Shown here in pieces: positions 1 through 9,020 of a stretch of DNA of 48,743 nt; the first letter of the stretch is position 1; each line of letters opens with the position of its first letter. Position numbers and translations under genes: made by a program. The DNA is from a virus (lineage: Duplodnaviria; Caudoviricetes): positions 1 through 48,743 of IMG/VR virus record IMGVR_UViG_3300020120_000076; one strand, given 5' to 3'. Below the pieces are notes generated by a model. That model ran no database searches, was not told where the DNA came from, and saw nothing but the letters and a program-made list of their open reading frames with translations.

Positions 1-127
1 GCGAGGTCGACCCCGTAGTCGGCGAAGCTCCATCGCTTACGCTGGGGGTCGAACAGGTGGAGCACGTAGGCCCACGAGCCGAACACGAAGCGCACCTCGC
101 GCGTGATCGGCTGGTAGACGGCGAACC
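1..127. repeat. Terminal direct repeat (copy 1), circular-assembly overlap
   Basis: Identical to 48617-48743. It lies inside a coding frame that continues across the join, and 127 is a common assembler k-mer size. Confidence 0.95.
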
Positions 128-1094
128 CCCGGTCGAAGTCGAGGTTGGCCGTCCGGGGGTCGGGCGGCGGCCCGGCGAGCCCGAGCAGGAGCGCCAGGTC
201 GACCGACTCCCCGGGGCCGCCCGATGCCCGAGGGCCTTCGAGCGACCAGTGGTAATTGACCTTCCCCACGGTGACCGAGAGGTGCGAGCCAGCGATCCCG
301 AAGTTGATGTCGCCGGGGCGGATCCCGAAGTTCTCGGGGCCGTAGCCCACGATGTCGTAGCTCGCCGTTTGCTTGCGCGCGACGAGCACGTCCCCGGCGA
401 CGTCGCAGCTCAAGACAGGGTCCCCGCGCTGGCCGGCGACGAAGTAGTGGTCCGGGTCCCACGTCAGCGGGTCCGCCGCGATCGAGTTGCGGACGATCTC
501 GGGATGGTCGGGCTCGCCGGCCGTGCCGTGGCCCCAGCCAAAGAGATAGTTCAAGTGCCGCCTGACGCCACGGAAATAGAAGTCCCCGAGCGCGACACCG
601 CCGTTGAGCACGGTGACTGTCATGGCGGTGATGTTCACCACCTGGGTTTTCTGCCGCTGGGCGAACAAGGGCTCGTCGTGGGCGACGAACATCTTGTCGT
701 AGCTGTCGGCCATGAACACGAGCGGGGGCACCAGGGCTGGGGCGACGATTCCGGTCCAGAACGTCCCGACCAGGGTGAGCGTGGTGAGCGTGCCCGCCAG
801 GATCCAGGCGGCGCATTGGCCGGCGACCGAGTCGAACGTGATGACGATATTCACGCCCTGGCTCCGGAGCGCCTCGATGCCGATCACATGGGTCACGGCC
901 GCGCCCACCACGGCGTCGGCCGCCACGAAGTCGGCCGCCGTGAGCTGGATCGCGAGGCCGTTTCGGACGGACATCCAGCCCTCGGAGAGCTTGACGTTCC
1001 GCTGGTCCTTGAACGAGGTCGCCTCGACGACCAAGGGCCCCGCGGCGCGGTCGATGCCGCCGCCAAAGGCGAGGGGGATGCGGGGCCTAGACAT
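1..1094 (-). CDS. Tail nozzle/stabilisation protein (P22 gp10/T7 gp12-like position), N-terminal part; continues at 48616->47896 (604 aa total)
   Basis: Not in the ORF track. ATG at 1094 reads MSRPRIPLAFGGGIDRAAGPLVVEATSFKDQRNV... and stays open to base 1, in frame with the 47896 ORF across the join. The FxGG...N start and beta-rich repeats are typical of podovirus nozzles. Confidence 0.7.
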   Translation of the reverse strand, partial: MSRPRIPLAFGGGIDRAAGPLVVEATSFKDQRNVKLSEGWMSVRNGLAIQLTAADFVAADAVVGAAVTHVIGIEALRSQGVNIVITFDSVAGQCAAWILAGTLTTLTLVGTFWTGIVAPALVPPLVFMADSYDKMFVAHDEPLFAQRQKTQVVNITAMTVTVLNGGVALGDFYFRGVRRHLNYLFGWGHGTAGEPDHPEIVRNSIAADPLTWDPDHYFVAGQRGDPVLSCDVAGDVLVARKQTASYDIVGYGPENFGIRPGDINFGIAGSHLSVTVGKVNYHWSLEGPRASGGPGESVDLALLLGLAGPPPDPRTANLDFDRGFAVYQPITREVRFVFGSWAYVLHLFDPQRKRWSFADYGVDL

Positions 1095-1096
1095 GG

Positions 1097-4000
1097 CTAC
1101 ACATCCCAGTAGGCCACTTCGAGGCCGAGTTGCGAGACCGATATCGTGCCGCCGGCCCCGAGCACGGTGACAACCATGCCCACCTCGGCCGCGCCAACGG
1201 CCGCCGCCGCGGCCCAGGCAAGCCCCGTGCTGGGGTCAAGCGGCACGGCCCAACGATCCTGAGTGTCGCTCGGGTTGACGCGGTAGCGGGCCGAATAGGA
1301 GGACGCGCTGGAGATGTCGGCCGACTGGCTCGTTCCGCCGCCCGACTTGACGAGCATCGCGAAAGTGCGCGTGACCGACGCGCCGCCCCGGATGACCTCG
1401 AAGAATGGGAGGACCGCGAGGATGGCGGCGATCGTCCCCGAGGGGGTGTCGAGCGTGAAGGTGTCCTTTTGGCTGAGTGCGGTGAAGGTGTTTTTGCTCG
1501 TCCCCTCATCGGCAACTTGGACGTTCACGGCCGAACCGCCCGAGTCGTTGAACGTGCCCACGGCCTGCGGAGTCGCGATCGAGAAGTGGACGTCGCCCGG
1601 GTGGTCGTCGTGATCGACCACGCCCGAGTCGTCAAAGCACGCGATGTCGCACCAACGCACCGCGGCCAGGCCGTGGACGTAGCCCGGCGGGGCGTAGTCG
1701 TAGTTGCCCCCGGAGCCGGTGCCGAAGGTGATAAAGTCGTTGACGAACGAGCCGCCGCCCGGGTTGACAGCGATCGGGTCGGCCGACAAGACCTCGCCGT
1801 TGATCCGCAACTTGGCGAACCCCGCGCCAATCGCGCCGTACCCGAAGCGCATGGTGCCGACGACCCAGCCCGTGCCGGGCACCGGGGCGGCCGTCTCCAT
1901 GACGTTGTTCCACGCGACGCCGTCCCAGGCGTAGACTCGAACCTTGCCGTCGGGTCGAAGCACGCACGCGAGCGTGTGCGCCCCGGCAACAAAGAGCGGG
2001 AGCTCGTAGCCGGGGAGCGTCGCCCCCTGGAGATCGAAGGCGAACTGGAACACATGCGGGTCGGCGACGCGGAAGGTGTACTGCCAGGTGCCGAAGTTGT
2101 CGCCCTCGGCGATGGCGTCCCGGCCGTCCCGGCCAGCGCCGGCCGCCAATGTCTCGCCGCCCCCGGTGAAGTCGTACCGGCGAGAGCTCTGCTGGAGCCC
2201 GGCGTGCGTCGAGTCCGAGAAGAGGATCGGCATCGAGACCCGGGAGCCCCCTCCCCCTCCCGCGAGCGGGAGGTCGATGTCCACGCTGGTCGACCCAGTG
2301 AGCGGGGGTTGGCCGCCCTCGCCGCCGTCGTCTGTTACCACCAGGACCACCGTGTAGGTGCCCGGCGCGGCGTAGACATGGACGGGGTTCTGCGTCGTGT
2401 CGTGCGGCGAGCCGTCGCCAAAGTCCCAGTCCCAGGCCGTGATCGTGCCATCGTCGACCGAGGTGTCGGTGAAGCCGACCGTCTGGTTGGTGATGTCCCC
2501 GGGGTCGGCCGCGACCGTGAAGTCGGCCGAGGGCGGGGTGTTCGGGATGAACGCATCAACGTCGTGGCTCACCGAATCGGCGAGGCTGTCCGAATCGAGG
2601 ACCGTGAGCGTGATCGTGTACGTGCCGGGCGCGGCGTAGTCGTGCGCCAAGGTGCCGCCCGCGGCAATCGGCTCGGGGTCCGAGCCGTCTCCCCAGTCGA
2701 CGAGTAAGGTCACGAGCGAGCCGTCCCAGTCGGTCGAGGCGTCACGGATCACGACGTGCCGAGCCGGCAGATCCGTTCCGGTCGTCGTAAAGAACGCGGC
2801 CACTGGCGGGAATGGCGCGTGCTCGGTGAACGCAACGACTTCGGGGTGGTAGACCACGTCGAACCCCGCCTCGACGACGTCGAGCTGGTTCCACCGCGCC
2901 TCGGGCGTGAAGTCCGGATCGGTGAGGAAGTTCGCGTCGAATCGCGAAAGGTCGCCCTTGAATCCGGCCTGGACCGCGGGCAAGTCCGACGGCTCGAAGC
3001 GGGCCGAGGTCGCCGGGTTGGCTTCGACGAAGTCGTATGGCGCGACGGTGTAACCGAGGAGCGTGTTCCACCGCGTACCCCACTTGGAGCCGACGTCTTG
3101 GTGGAGCGGGTTAGGTGCGCCGCGCACGGCAGTTCGGATCGCGCCCTGCGTGGTTGCGCCCCCGGCCTTGATGAGCGTTCGGAGGTCGTGGCGGTAGGCA
3201 TCGGCCCCATCGCCCAAAATTCCCGAGCCCGAGCCGATCGAGCCGTGGGCGTGGCGGCTCACGAGCGGGAAGATCATCGTCGTGGCGTCGAGCCCGTCGG
3301 CCGGTGCCCAGGTCCCGTCCAAGTGATCGCTCGCCGGCCCGAAGCGCGCGACACCGACGACCCAGCGCGCCCCGGCGCGAAGGTACGGGAAGAGGCCCTC
3401 GACGACAGCGATGTTGGTGCGGTTGACCGTCGTGCGGTAGAGCTCCGAGAGCTCGTCGTAGAGCGTATTCCTCGGCATGAGCTCATCCGCCGTCCAGTCG
3501 TTCCATCCGGCGGCCACGGTGGGATCGCTCGTTGGGAACGGCAAGGGCCCAAAGAGCCACGCGCCGGTAAAGGCGCTGATCTGCCCCAGCCACCAGTCGC
3601 CGCTCGTGATCTCGTCGATCGCCCGCGCAATCGCGCCCGTCACGTTCCGCCAGCGATCCGTCGAGCCGTGCGTGACCGTGACGCCCATGTCGGTCGCCGT
3701 GACGCCGAGCGGGTGCGGCGAGGACGTGTGCGCCACCTCGGAGTTGGTCGCGTCCCCAGCGCCCGACGGGACACCGACCCCGACGCGGCAGTCGCCGAGC
3801 CATCGCTTGACCGGGCCGTAGGGCCCGTACACAACCGAGTCGTCGATCCAGACCCCCGAGATCCCGACCGAGTTGCGGCGCACCACCTCCGAGCCCCAGG
3901 CGTAGCCGTGGTGCCCGTCTCCGGTGAGGTTGACGCCGAGCGCGAACACGATCGTCTCGCCCTCCGCCGGGCCGCCCTCGTGATAATACCGCGCGATCAC

Positions 4001-4792
4001 GAAGCCGCCTTCGGTGTTTCCGCCCGGTGCGACGAACGCCTGGGGCTCGATCGACCACCAGCCGTCGGCCGGCACCACGAGAGTCGACGTGGGCCCGAGC
4101 TGCGTGAAGGTCGCGAGCCCGCCCATGTCCACGCCGACCTTCATCACGCGCACCTTGCGGTCGGCGTCGCTCACCTGGAGCACCACGGAGGGGAAAAACG
4201 GCCCTGTGCCCGTGTTCGAGCCGAAACCGATGGCGTTGTGCGGCCGTGGAAGCGCGACCCCGTGGTAGTTGAATGCGTGGTGCTGGCCCGCCCCCCGGGG
4301 CGGTGTCTCGCCCGGCGCGAGGGGGAGCCACATATAATTCCCGACGTTGTCGGCCTGGGTCATCCCTGGCGCGCTTTCGACCGTCTCGACGTAGCCGCCG
4401 TTGTCCCGGCCGCCGGTCGCGTGGAACACGAAACCGCCCGTCACCTCGCCCACGGTCGAGAAGTCGGAGGGGTCGGGCGTCCCGGGGTTCTGGCCCACAC
4501 GGAACACCTGGCCCTCGATCTCGTACCCGTTCGACCACAGGAGCCGCGGACGCACGATGGCGTCTGACTCGGGGCCGCCTGGGCCGATGTCCAGCGAGCG
4601 GTCGAGACAGGGCCCGCCCTCGTCGGTCCCGACGCAATCCGGATCCTCGGGAACGATGGCCGTCCCGTCGCCGAGCCACACGGTGCCTACGAGCGCCGTA
4701 GCGGGATCGCACCCCTCGGGCAAGCAATCACCCGGGTCAAGGTCAGTTCGTTCGCCTGTGCCCCGTGCCCAGGCCGTGGCGGGGCGCGCCAT
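1097..4792 (-). CDS. 1231-aa virion adhesion/receptor-binding protein with two PKD domains and a C-terminal ConA/LamG-like region
   Basis: PKD signatures VDWGDGS...HDYAAPGTYTITLTV and WDWDFGDGS...NPVHVYAAPGTYTVVLVVTDD (about 2270-2815); LRING..., WCDIACFD in the C-terminal part; lies within the structural operon. Confidence 0.8.
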   Translation of the reverse strand: MARPATAWARGTGERTDLDPGDCLPEGCDPATALVGTVWLGDGTAIVPEDPDCVGTDEGGPCLDRSLDIGPGGPESDAIVRPRLLWSNGYEIEGQVFRVGQNPGTPDPSDFSTVGEVTGGFVFHATGGRDNGGYVETVESAPGMTQADNVGNYMWLPLAPGETPPRGAGQHHAFNYHGVALPRPHNAIGFGSNTGTGPFFPSVVLQVSDADRKVRVMKVGVDMGGLATFTQLGPTSTLVVPADGWWSIEPQAFVAPGGNTEGGFVIARYYHEGGPAEGETIVFALGVNLTGDGHHGYAWGSEVVRRNSVGISGVWIDDSVVYGPYGPVKRWLGDCRVGVGVPSGAGDATNSEVAHTSSPHPLGVTATDMGVTVTHGSTDRWRNVTGAIARAIDEITSGDWWLGQISAFTGAWLFGPLPFPTSDPTVAAGWNDWTADELMPRNTLYDELSELYRTTVNRTNIAVVEGLFPYLRAGARWVVGVARFGPASDHLDGTWAPADGLDATTMIFPLVSRHAHGSIGSGSGILGDGADAYRHDLRTLIKAGGATTQGAIRTAVRGAPNPLHQDVGSKWGTRWNTLLGYTVAPYDFVEANPATSARFEPSDLPAVQAGFKGDLSRFDANFLTDPDFTPEARWNQLDVVEAGFDVVYHPEVVAFTEHAPFPPVAAFFTTTGTDLPARHVVIRDASTDWDGSLVTLLVDWGDGSDPEPIAAGGTLAHDYAAPGTYTITLTVLDSDSLADSVSHDVDAFIPNTPPSADFTVAADPGDITNQTVGFTDTSVDDGTITAWDWDFGDGSPHDTTQNPVHVYAAPGTYTVVLVVTDDGGEGGQPPLTGSTSVDIDLPLAGGGGGSRVSMPILFSDSTHAGLQQSSRRYDFTGGGETLAAGAGRDGRDAIAEGDNFGTWQYTFRVADPHVFQFAFDLQGATLPGYELPLFVAGAHTLACVLRPDGKVRVYAWDGVAWNNVMETAAPVPGTGWVVGTMRFGYGAIGAGFAKLRINGEVLSADPIAVNPGGGSFVNDFITFGTGSGGNYDYAPPGYVHGLAAVRWCDIACFDDSGVVDHDDHPGDVHFSIATPQAVGTFNDSGGSAVNVQVADEGTSKNTFTALSQKDTFTLDTPSGTIAAILAVLPFFEVIRGGASVTRTFAMLVKSGGGTSQSADISSASSYSARYRVNPSDTQDRWAVPLDPSTGLAWAAAAAVGAAEVGMVVTVLGAGGTISVSQLGLEVAYWDV

Positions 4793-4798
4793 CGGGGG

Positions 4799-5527
4799 TC
4801 AGGCTCCGGCCGGTTGCACGGACGGCCCGGCGACCGCCGGGGCCTTGGCCGTGTTCCCCTGCGGCGGCCCGTCGAAGCGGGACTCCAGCGGCACGTAGGC
4901 GCGGACATGCGCGAGGTACTCGGACAAGACCGAGCCCTCCTCGGCGTTCAAGACCCCAAGGGCCCGTTGCAGCGTGGCGGCCTCGATGTACGGCGCTTTC
5001 ATGAGGAGCCACTTCGCCAGGTCGATCACCAAGAGCTCGTCGTACGGCGAGCGCAACCGGACGACCTCACAGTCATCGGTCGGGCAGTAGACGGGCGGCC
5101 GGTACACGTAGAAGATCCGGAGCGAGAACACGCCGGAGAGATCGAGCCCCACCTGTTTGACGAGGCGGTTCCGGATCGTCACGCGGGGCGGGATCGCCGC
5201 CCACTGATCGGCCACGGCCACGGGGTGGATCTTGGTCCCGGCCGGGAAGGGCGAGCTCCCGGGGTCGGCCACTTCGAGCCGCGTCAGCTCCTCGGGCACG
5301 GGCACGGGGTCCACGATCGTCGCCAGGTCGACCACGCCTCCGGTGATGTTCGCCGTCGCGGAGACGCCGTTGTACTCGTGGTTGGCCTTGTCGGCCATCG
5401 CGAAGAGCTCTTGCTGGCGGATCCCGATCCGCCGGTACGCGATCGAGCGCGTCGCGGGCACGTTGTGCGTGACCTCGTGTGCGCGCACCATTGCCTGGAC
5501 AACGACGCCTTCAACGGTCAAGCTCAC
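4799..5527 (-). CDS. Head-tail adaptor/ring-like protein 3 (242 aa)
   Basis: GTG start overlapping the upstream TGA, with a GGAGG RBS. Helix-beta-helix pattern LRIFYVYRPP...PYDELLVIDLAKWLLMK typical of podovirus adaptors. Confidence 0.6.
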   Translation of the reverse strand: MSLTVEGVVVQAMVRAHEVTHNVPATRSIAYRRIGIRQQELFAMADKANHEYNGVSATANITGGVVDLATIVDPVPVPEELTRLEVADPGSSPFPAGTKIHPVAVADQWAAIPPRVTIRNRLVKQVGLDLSGVFSLRIFYVYRPPVYCPTDDCEVVRLRSPYDELLVIDLAKWLLMKAPYIEAATLQRALGVLNAEEGSVLSEYLAHVRAYVPLESRFDGPPQGNTAKAPAVAGPSVQPAGA

Positions 5528-6213
5528 GACGCACCTCCCGGGATGGCCGAGCCGACGACGAGCTGGGCGAGCGAGGCGATCGAGCCCGGGTTGGCGTAGC
5601 GCGCGACACCGAACCGGCTCCTCACCTCGGCCGTCACGTGGTCCATGTGCGCCACGAAAAGCCCGACCCACTGGGTCGTATCGGCGAGGAGCGACGCCGC
5701 CTCCTCCGCTCGCCCGTCCTTCCGCGCCAAGTAGGTCGCAATGGCGAGGATGGGCAAGTTGTCGAAGTCGGTCGGCCACGAGTCGTCGAGCGCGGTGTTG
5801 ATCGTCGGGAGCGCCGGGTGCCGCCGCGCGTAGTACATGGTGAGCGTGCCCGACGTCGGATCGAGATCGTTGCCGGCCGAGAGATACTTGCCGCCGAAGA
5901 GGTACACCGCGGGCCGGCCGATCTCGGCCTTCCGATCGCTGAATGGGACGACCACCACCTCGGTCGGCACGGCGTTCTGGATCAAGAACACCGACTCGGC
6001 ATCGGCGGGGTAAGCCCAACCGCCCGACGCGAACGCCACGGCGGCCGACTTCCCGAAGTAGACGGGGTTGACCCGGGCGGCTATGGCGTACGCGCCCTTC
6101 ATCACCGAGTTGACGACGCGGAGAAGCTCGGTCCCGGCTGTGGCAATGCGGTCGGGCTGGTTCTTGGACGACTGGCCGTAGGCCCCGAGAACTAAGTCGA
6201 GCGCGGTGGTCAC
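5524..6213 (-). CDS. Head-tail adaptor/ring-like protein 2 (229 aa)
   Basis: ELLRVVN...YPAD...TLTMYYARRHP...PTDFDNLPILAIATYLARKD adaptor pattern; GTGA coupling. Confidence 0.65.
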   Translation of the reverse strand: MTTALDLVLGAYGQSSKNQPDRIATAGTELLRVVNSVMKGAYAIAARVNPVYFGKSAAVAFASGGWAYPADAESVFLIQNAVPTEVVVVPFSDRKAEIGRPAVYLFGGKYLSAGNDLDPTSGTLTMYYARRHPALPTINTALDDSWPTDFDNLPILAIATYLARKDGRAEEAASLLADTTQWVGLFVAHMDHVTAEVRSRFGVARYANPGSIASLAQLVVGSAIPGGAS

Positions 6214-6905
6214 GGCCCACCCCCGTCGCCGTAGACGTCCTGCGTAAAGAACGAGGTCCCAGCAAGCCGGTCGACCACTTGCTGGAGATACCGCTCCTCG
6301 GCCTTGGCCCCGCGACTCATGAGGTCGGCTCGCCGCTGGGCGTCGATCGTGTCCGAGCGCATCGCGAAGAACGCGGCCAGCCGCGCGATTACGGCCGGCG
6401 CTCCGTCGTCAGGAAGCGGGAGCACCGCGCCCGGCACCTGGAGCCCGAGCACACTCGCGTCCGAGAACACGGGGACCGACTTGACCTCGATCCCGGCGTA
6501 GGCATCCCATCGCGACGCGGGCCCCCGAAGGAACAGCACGTCGCCGTCCTGCCACGCCGCCATCCGCGGGCTGTTTCGGGCAAAGCGGCCGTCGGCGTTG
6601 ATGAGGGCGACCGAAAACTCCAGCGCGCCGTCCGATTGCGTGGGGCCCACGGCGACCACGTCCGTCACGAGTCGGCACGCGGGGAGCGCGAGACCGTCCG
6701 CGAAATCGGCCACGAAGGGGATCGCGAACGAGGTCACCACTTCGAGCTGACTGTACTCGGGCAGGAGCGAGATCGTCGCGTTCTGGAGCTCCTGGCAAAT
6801 CGTCGCGAGCTCGCGGTACGTCGGGCCCGTCGGATGGCGCTCCTCGTCGAACGTGGGATGTAAGTCCCGCGCCGACTGCACCACCATCTCGACGAGGCGG
6901 CTCAC
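6210..6905 (-). CDS. Head-tail adaptor/ring-like protein 1 (231 aa)
   Basis: Similar length and pattern (LALPAC...LPLPDDGAPAVIARLAAFFAMR); GTGA coupling. Confidence 0.55.
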   Translation of the reverse strand: MSRLVEMVVQSARDLHPTFDEERHPTGPTYRELATICQELQNATISLLPEYSQLEVVTSFAIPFVADFADGLALPACRLVTDVVAVGPTQSDGALEFSVALINADGRFARNSPRMAAWQDGDVLFLRGPASRWDAYAGIEVKSVPVFSDASVLGLQVPGAVLPLPDDGAPAVIARLAAFFAMRSDTIDAQRRADLMSRGAKAEERYLQQVVDRLAGTSFFTQDVYGDGGGP

Positions 6906-7420
6906 TTGCCGCCCTTGGCCGCCGCCGCTTTTTCGCGACGTTCGCGGTTCCGCTTCTGGCCCGGGGTCTCGGGCTCCTCGTCAGGCTCGGGCGCGCTCGG
7001 CACCGGAACCTCCGGCGTTGCGGGCGTCTCGGGCTCGGGCACCTGCTTGGATGCGATCAGGTCCTCGATCTCCGATCGCTCGCCCGCGTCCACCGGGAAG
7101 GCGTCGCGCAAGAGCACGAGCGCGGCCAACCGTGCGCCGCCGGGCCGAGCAAGCTCCTGCTCGTAGAACGGCTCGGCCAGGAGCGGGTTCTGTTCGAGCG
7201 ACCGCTCGATCTCTTCGACCGAGAGCCCTTCGGCCGGCCGGCGCTGCGCCGTGGCGGCGTTGGCGGGTCGCGCGACTGCGCCCGACTCGGTGCGGCGCGG
7301 CGGCGCGGCGGCGCTCTTGCTCGTGACGCGCGGCCCAAAGTAGTTCGCGCCAATCGCCTCGGCGGCGGCCTCGCGCGCGGCGGCCTCTTTCCCAATGACC
7401 CGATGTCCAAAATATGGCAT
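6902..7420 (-). CDS. Hypothetical virion-assembly protein (172 aa)
   Basis: Coupled ORF in the structural operon; duplicated YFGxRV motif; Pro/Glu-rich tail. Confidence 0.7.
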   Translation of the reverse strand: MPYFGHRVIGKEAAAREAAAEAIGANYFGPRVTSKSAAAPPRRTESGAVARPANAATAQRRPAEGLSVEEIERSLEQNPLLAEPFYEQELARPGGARLAALVLLRDAFPVDAGERSEIEDLIASKQVPEPETPATPEVPVPSAPEPDEEPETPGQKRNRERREKAAAAKGGK

Positions 7421-7429
7421 GAGTGTTCC

Positions 7430-8098
7430 CTAAAGAGAGTCGTGCAATAGCGCGGTGTACTCTTCGAGCGCGTCGCGGACCTGTGCCCCGGTGAGAATCG
7501 GCGATGGATCCTCCTCGAACGGGTACGGCGCGCCGGTCTGGTCGACGAGCTTCCCGCGGCCGCCCGTCATACCGCCGTAGCCGAACGTGGTCTTGCCCCG
7601 CATCTCGCGGGCGATGTGGCCCCGCTTGTCGTTCAAGGCGTCGTGGTAGTCGTACTCCGCCTTCGCCCGACGTGACTGGCCGCCCGACTCGGCCAACGCA
7701 TCGGCGAACACCGCCTCGCGCCGATCGCTCGCGTTCTGGTGCCGCCGGGTGAAGTTGGCGAGGATGGTGCAGCGTTCCTTGAGCTCGACGTCCTCGACCT
7801 CGCCCGCCGGGTCGCCGAAGTCGCGGTACATCGCGATCTGTGCGAACCCCTGTTCGAGCAACCGCCCGAGCATCACCGACTTGGGGTTGGCGTTCACCCC
7901 GAGCCGGTGTTGCTGGGCGAGGATGGCCTGCGCCGCTTGGTACCGGATGTCCGTGGGCCTAACCGCGCCCAGCCGCCAATCGCGCTCGCCGAAGTAGACG
8001 AGCTCGATCAGCGGATCCAGCTCGCGCAAGGACGCGAGGAGGAGGAGCGGCGTCGGCCGCCCCTCCGGGTTCTCGTGCCTCACCAGACGGTGAACCAT
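7430..8098 (-). CDS. Hypothetical protein (222 aa)
   Basis: Fills the operon gap and has a protein-like composition. Confidence 0.75.
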   Translation of the reverse strand: MVHRLVRHENPEGRPTPLLLLASLRELDPLIELVYFGERDWRLGAVRPTDIRYQAAQAILAQQHRLGVNANPKSVMLGRLLEQGFAQIAMYRDFGDPAGEVEDVELKERCTILANFTRRHQNASDRREAVFADALAESGGQSRRAKAEYDYHDALNDKRGHIAREMRGKTTFGYGGMTGGRGKLVDQTGAPYPFEEDPSPILTGAQVRDALEEYTALLHDSL

Positions 8099-8107
8099 TC
8101 TGGTGCC

Positions 8108-8929
8108 CTAGTTTCCGCCGCGATAGCCGCGTGCGCTGTAGTCGATCGTCAGCCGCCCGTCGACCAATGCGCCCGAGCCATCCGTGTTCACCAGCACGAG
8201 GAGATTTTCGTCCTCGGCCAGCGCGCCGTTGCCGGCCGTCATGACGGCGTCGACCGAATCCGCCGCAACCGGCGTGATGGAGGACGTCACCGTGGGGCCC
8301 GCGGCGGTGTTGACAAAATGCGCCGTGGTGCAATCCGACGTTGGCGTCAGATCGTCCGTGTTCGCGGTCCACTTCAAGCCGCCCGTCTTGGCCTGGACGG
8401 TGATGTAGCCCACGGCGACCTTGCCCGCGTCGGCGGCCGGGAGCGCCGCAATCGCCAACGCTTCCGTGGCGTAGTCTTGGTCGGCCGACACCGCTTTGGT
8501 CGATACCGTGCCCGAGGCGTTGATGCTGACCAGGAACGCGCCCCAGTGGGCCGTGCCCGCGCCCTGGGCGTTGTTGACCGTGTAGGCCGCCGAAAAGACG
8601 TTGGCCGTCGTCGGCGCTTTCCGAATGACCACGCCCGCGACCGTGGCGATGATCGTGTTCGTGATGAGCTTGAACTTCTCCGGCGTCGCGTCGATCGCGA
8701 GGAGGCCGGGGAGGACGATCTGCGTGTCGGTCGCTCTGTAGAGCTGGACCGCCACGGTGCCGGCCGTCGTGCGGCAATAGACCTGCGCCCCCAGGACTTG
8801 GAGGTTGTGCGGTGCGCGGTACAGGAACGCGCACTCGTTCACGAGCGAGATGGCCGGCGCAAGAGACATCGTCATCGAGCGGCGGACTAAGAGCGAGTTG
8901 GCGTCGACGTTTTGGTCGCGTGTCAACAT
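8108..8929 (-). CDS. Putative capsid decoration/minor capsid protein (273 aa)
   Basis: Directly downstream of the MCP; Ala/Thr/Val-rich, beta-type composition. Confidence 0.6.
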   Translation of the reverse strand: MLTRDQNVDANSLLVRRSMTMSLAPAISLVNECAFLYRAPHNLQVLGAQVYCRTTAGTVAVQLYRATDTQIVLPGLLAIDATPEKFKLITNTIIATVAGVVIRKAPTTANVFSAAYTVNNAQGAGTAHWGAFLVSINASGTVSTKAVSADQDYATEALAIAALPAADAGKVAVGYITVQAKTGGLKWTANTDDLTPTSDCTTAHFVNTAAGPTVTSSITPVAADSVDAVMTAGNGALAEDENLLVLVNTDGSGALVDGRLTIDYSARGYRGGN

Positions 8930-8954
8930 GAGAGTGGAGCTCCAGGCGGGAGGA

Positions 8955-8994
8955 GACGATGCCGGCAGCGCATGACCGCTGTACCGGCACCGTC
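8955..8994 (-). promoter_or_regulatory. Strong intergenic RNA hairpin after the MCP gene
   Basis: GACGGUGCCGG-UA-CAGCG/GUCAUG/CGCUG-CCGGCAUCGUC: 16 bp with one G-U pair and a 2-nt bulge; no U-tract. Confidence 0.65.
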
Positions 8995-9020
8995 ACGATT
9001 CTCGAATTACAGCGTCCTAA

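Noticed and set aside
1-127. Biological terminal repeat or att site
   Set aside because: It falls mid-gene and matches a typical assembler k-mer length, so it shows circularity only.
4333-4338. Plus-strand TATAAT as an antisense promoter
   Set aside because: No -35 or extended -10; explained by Asn-Tyr-Met codons on the minus strand.
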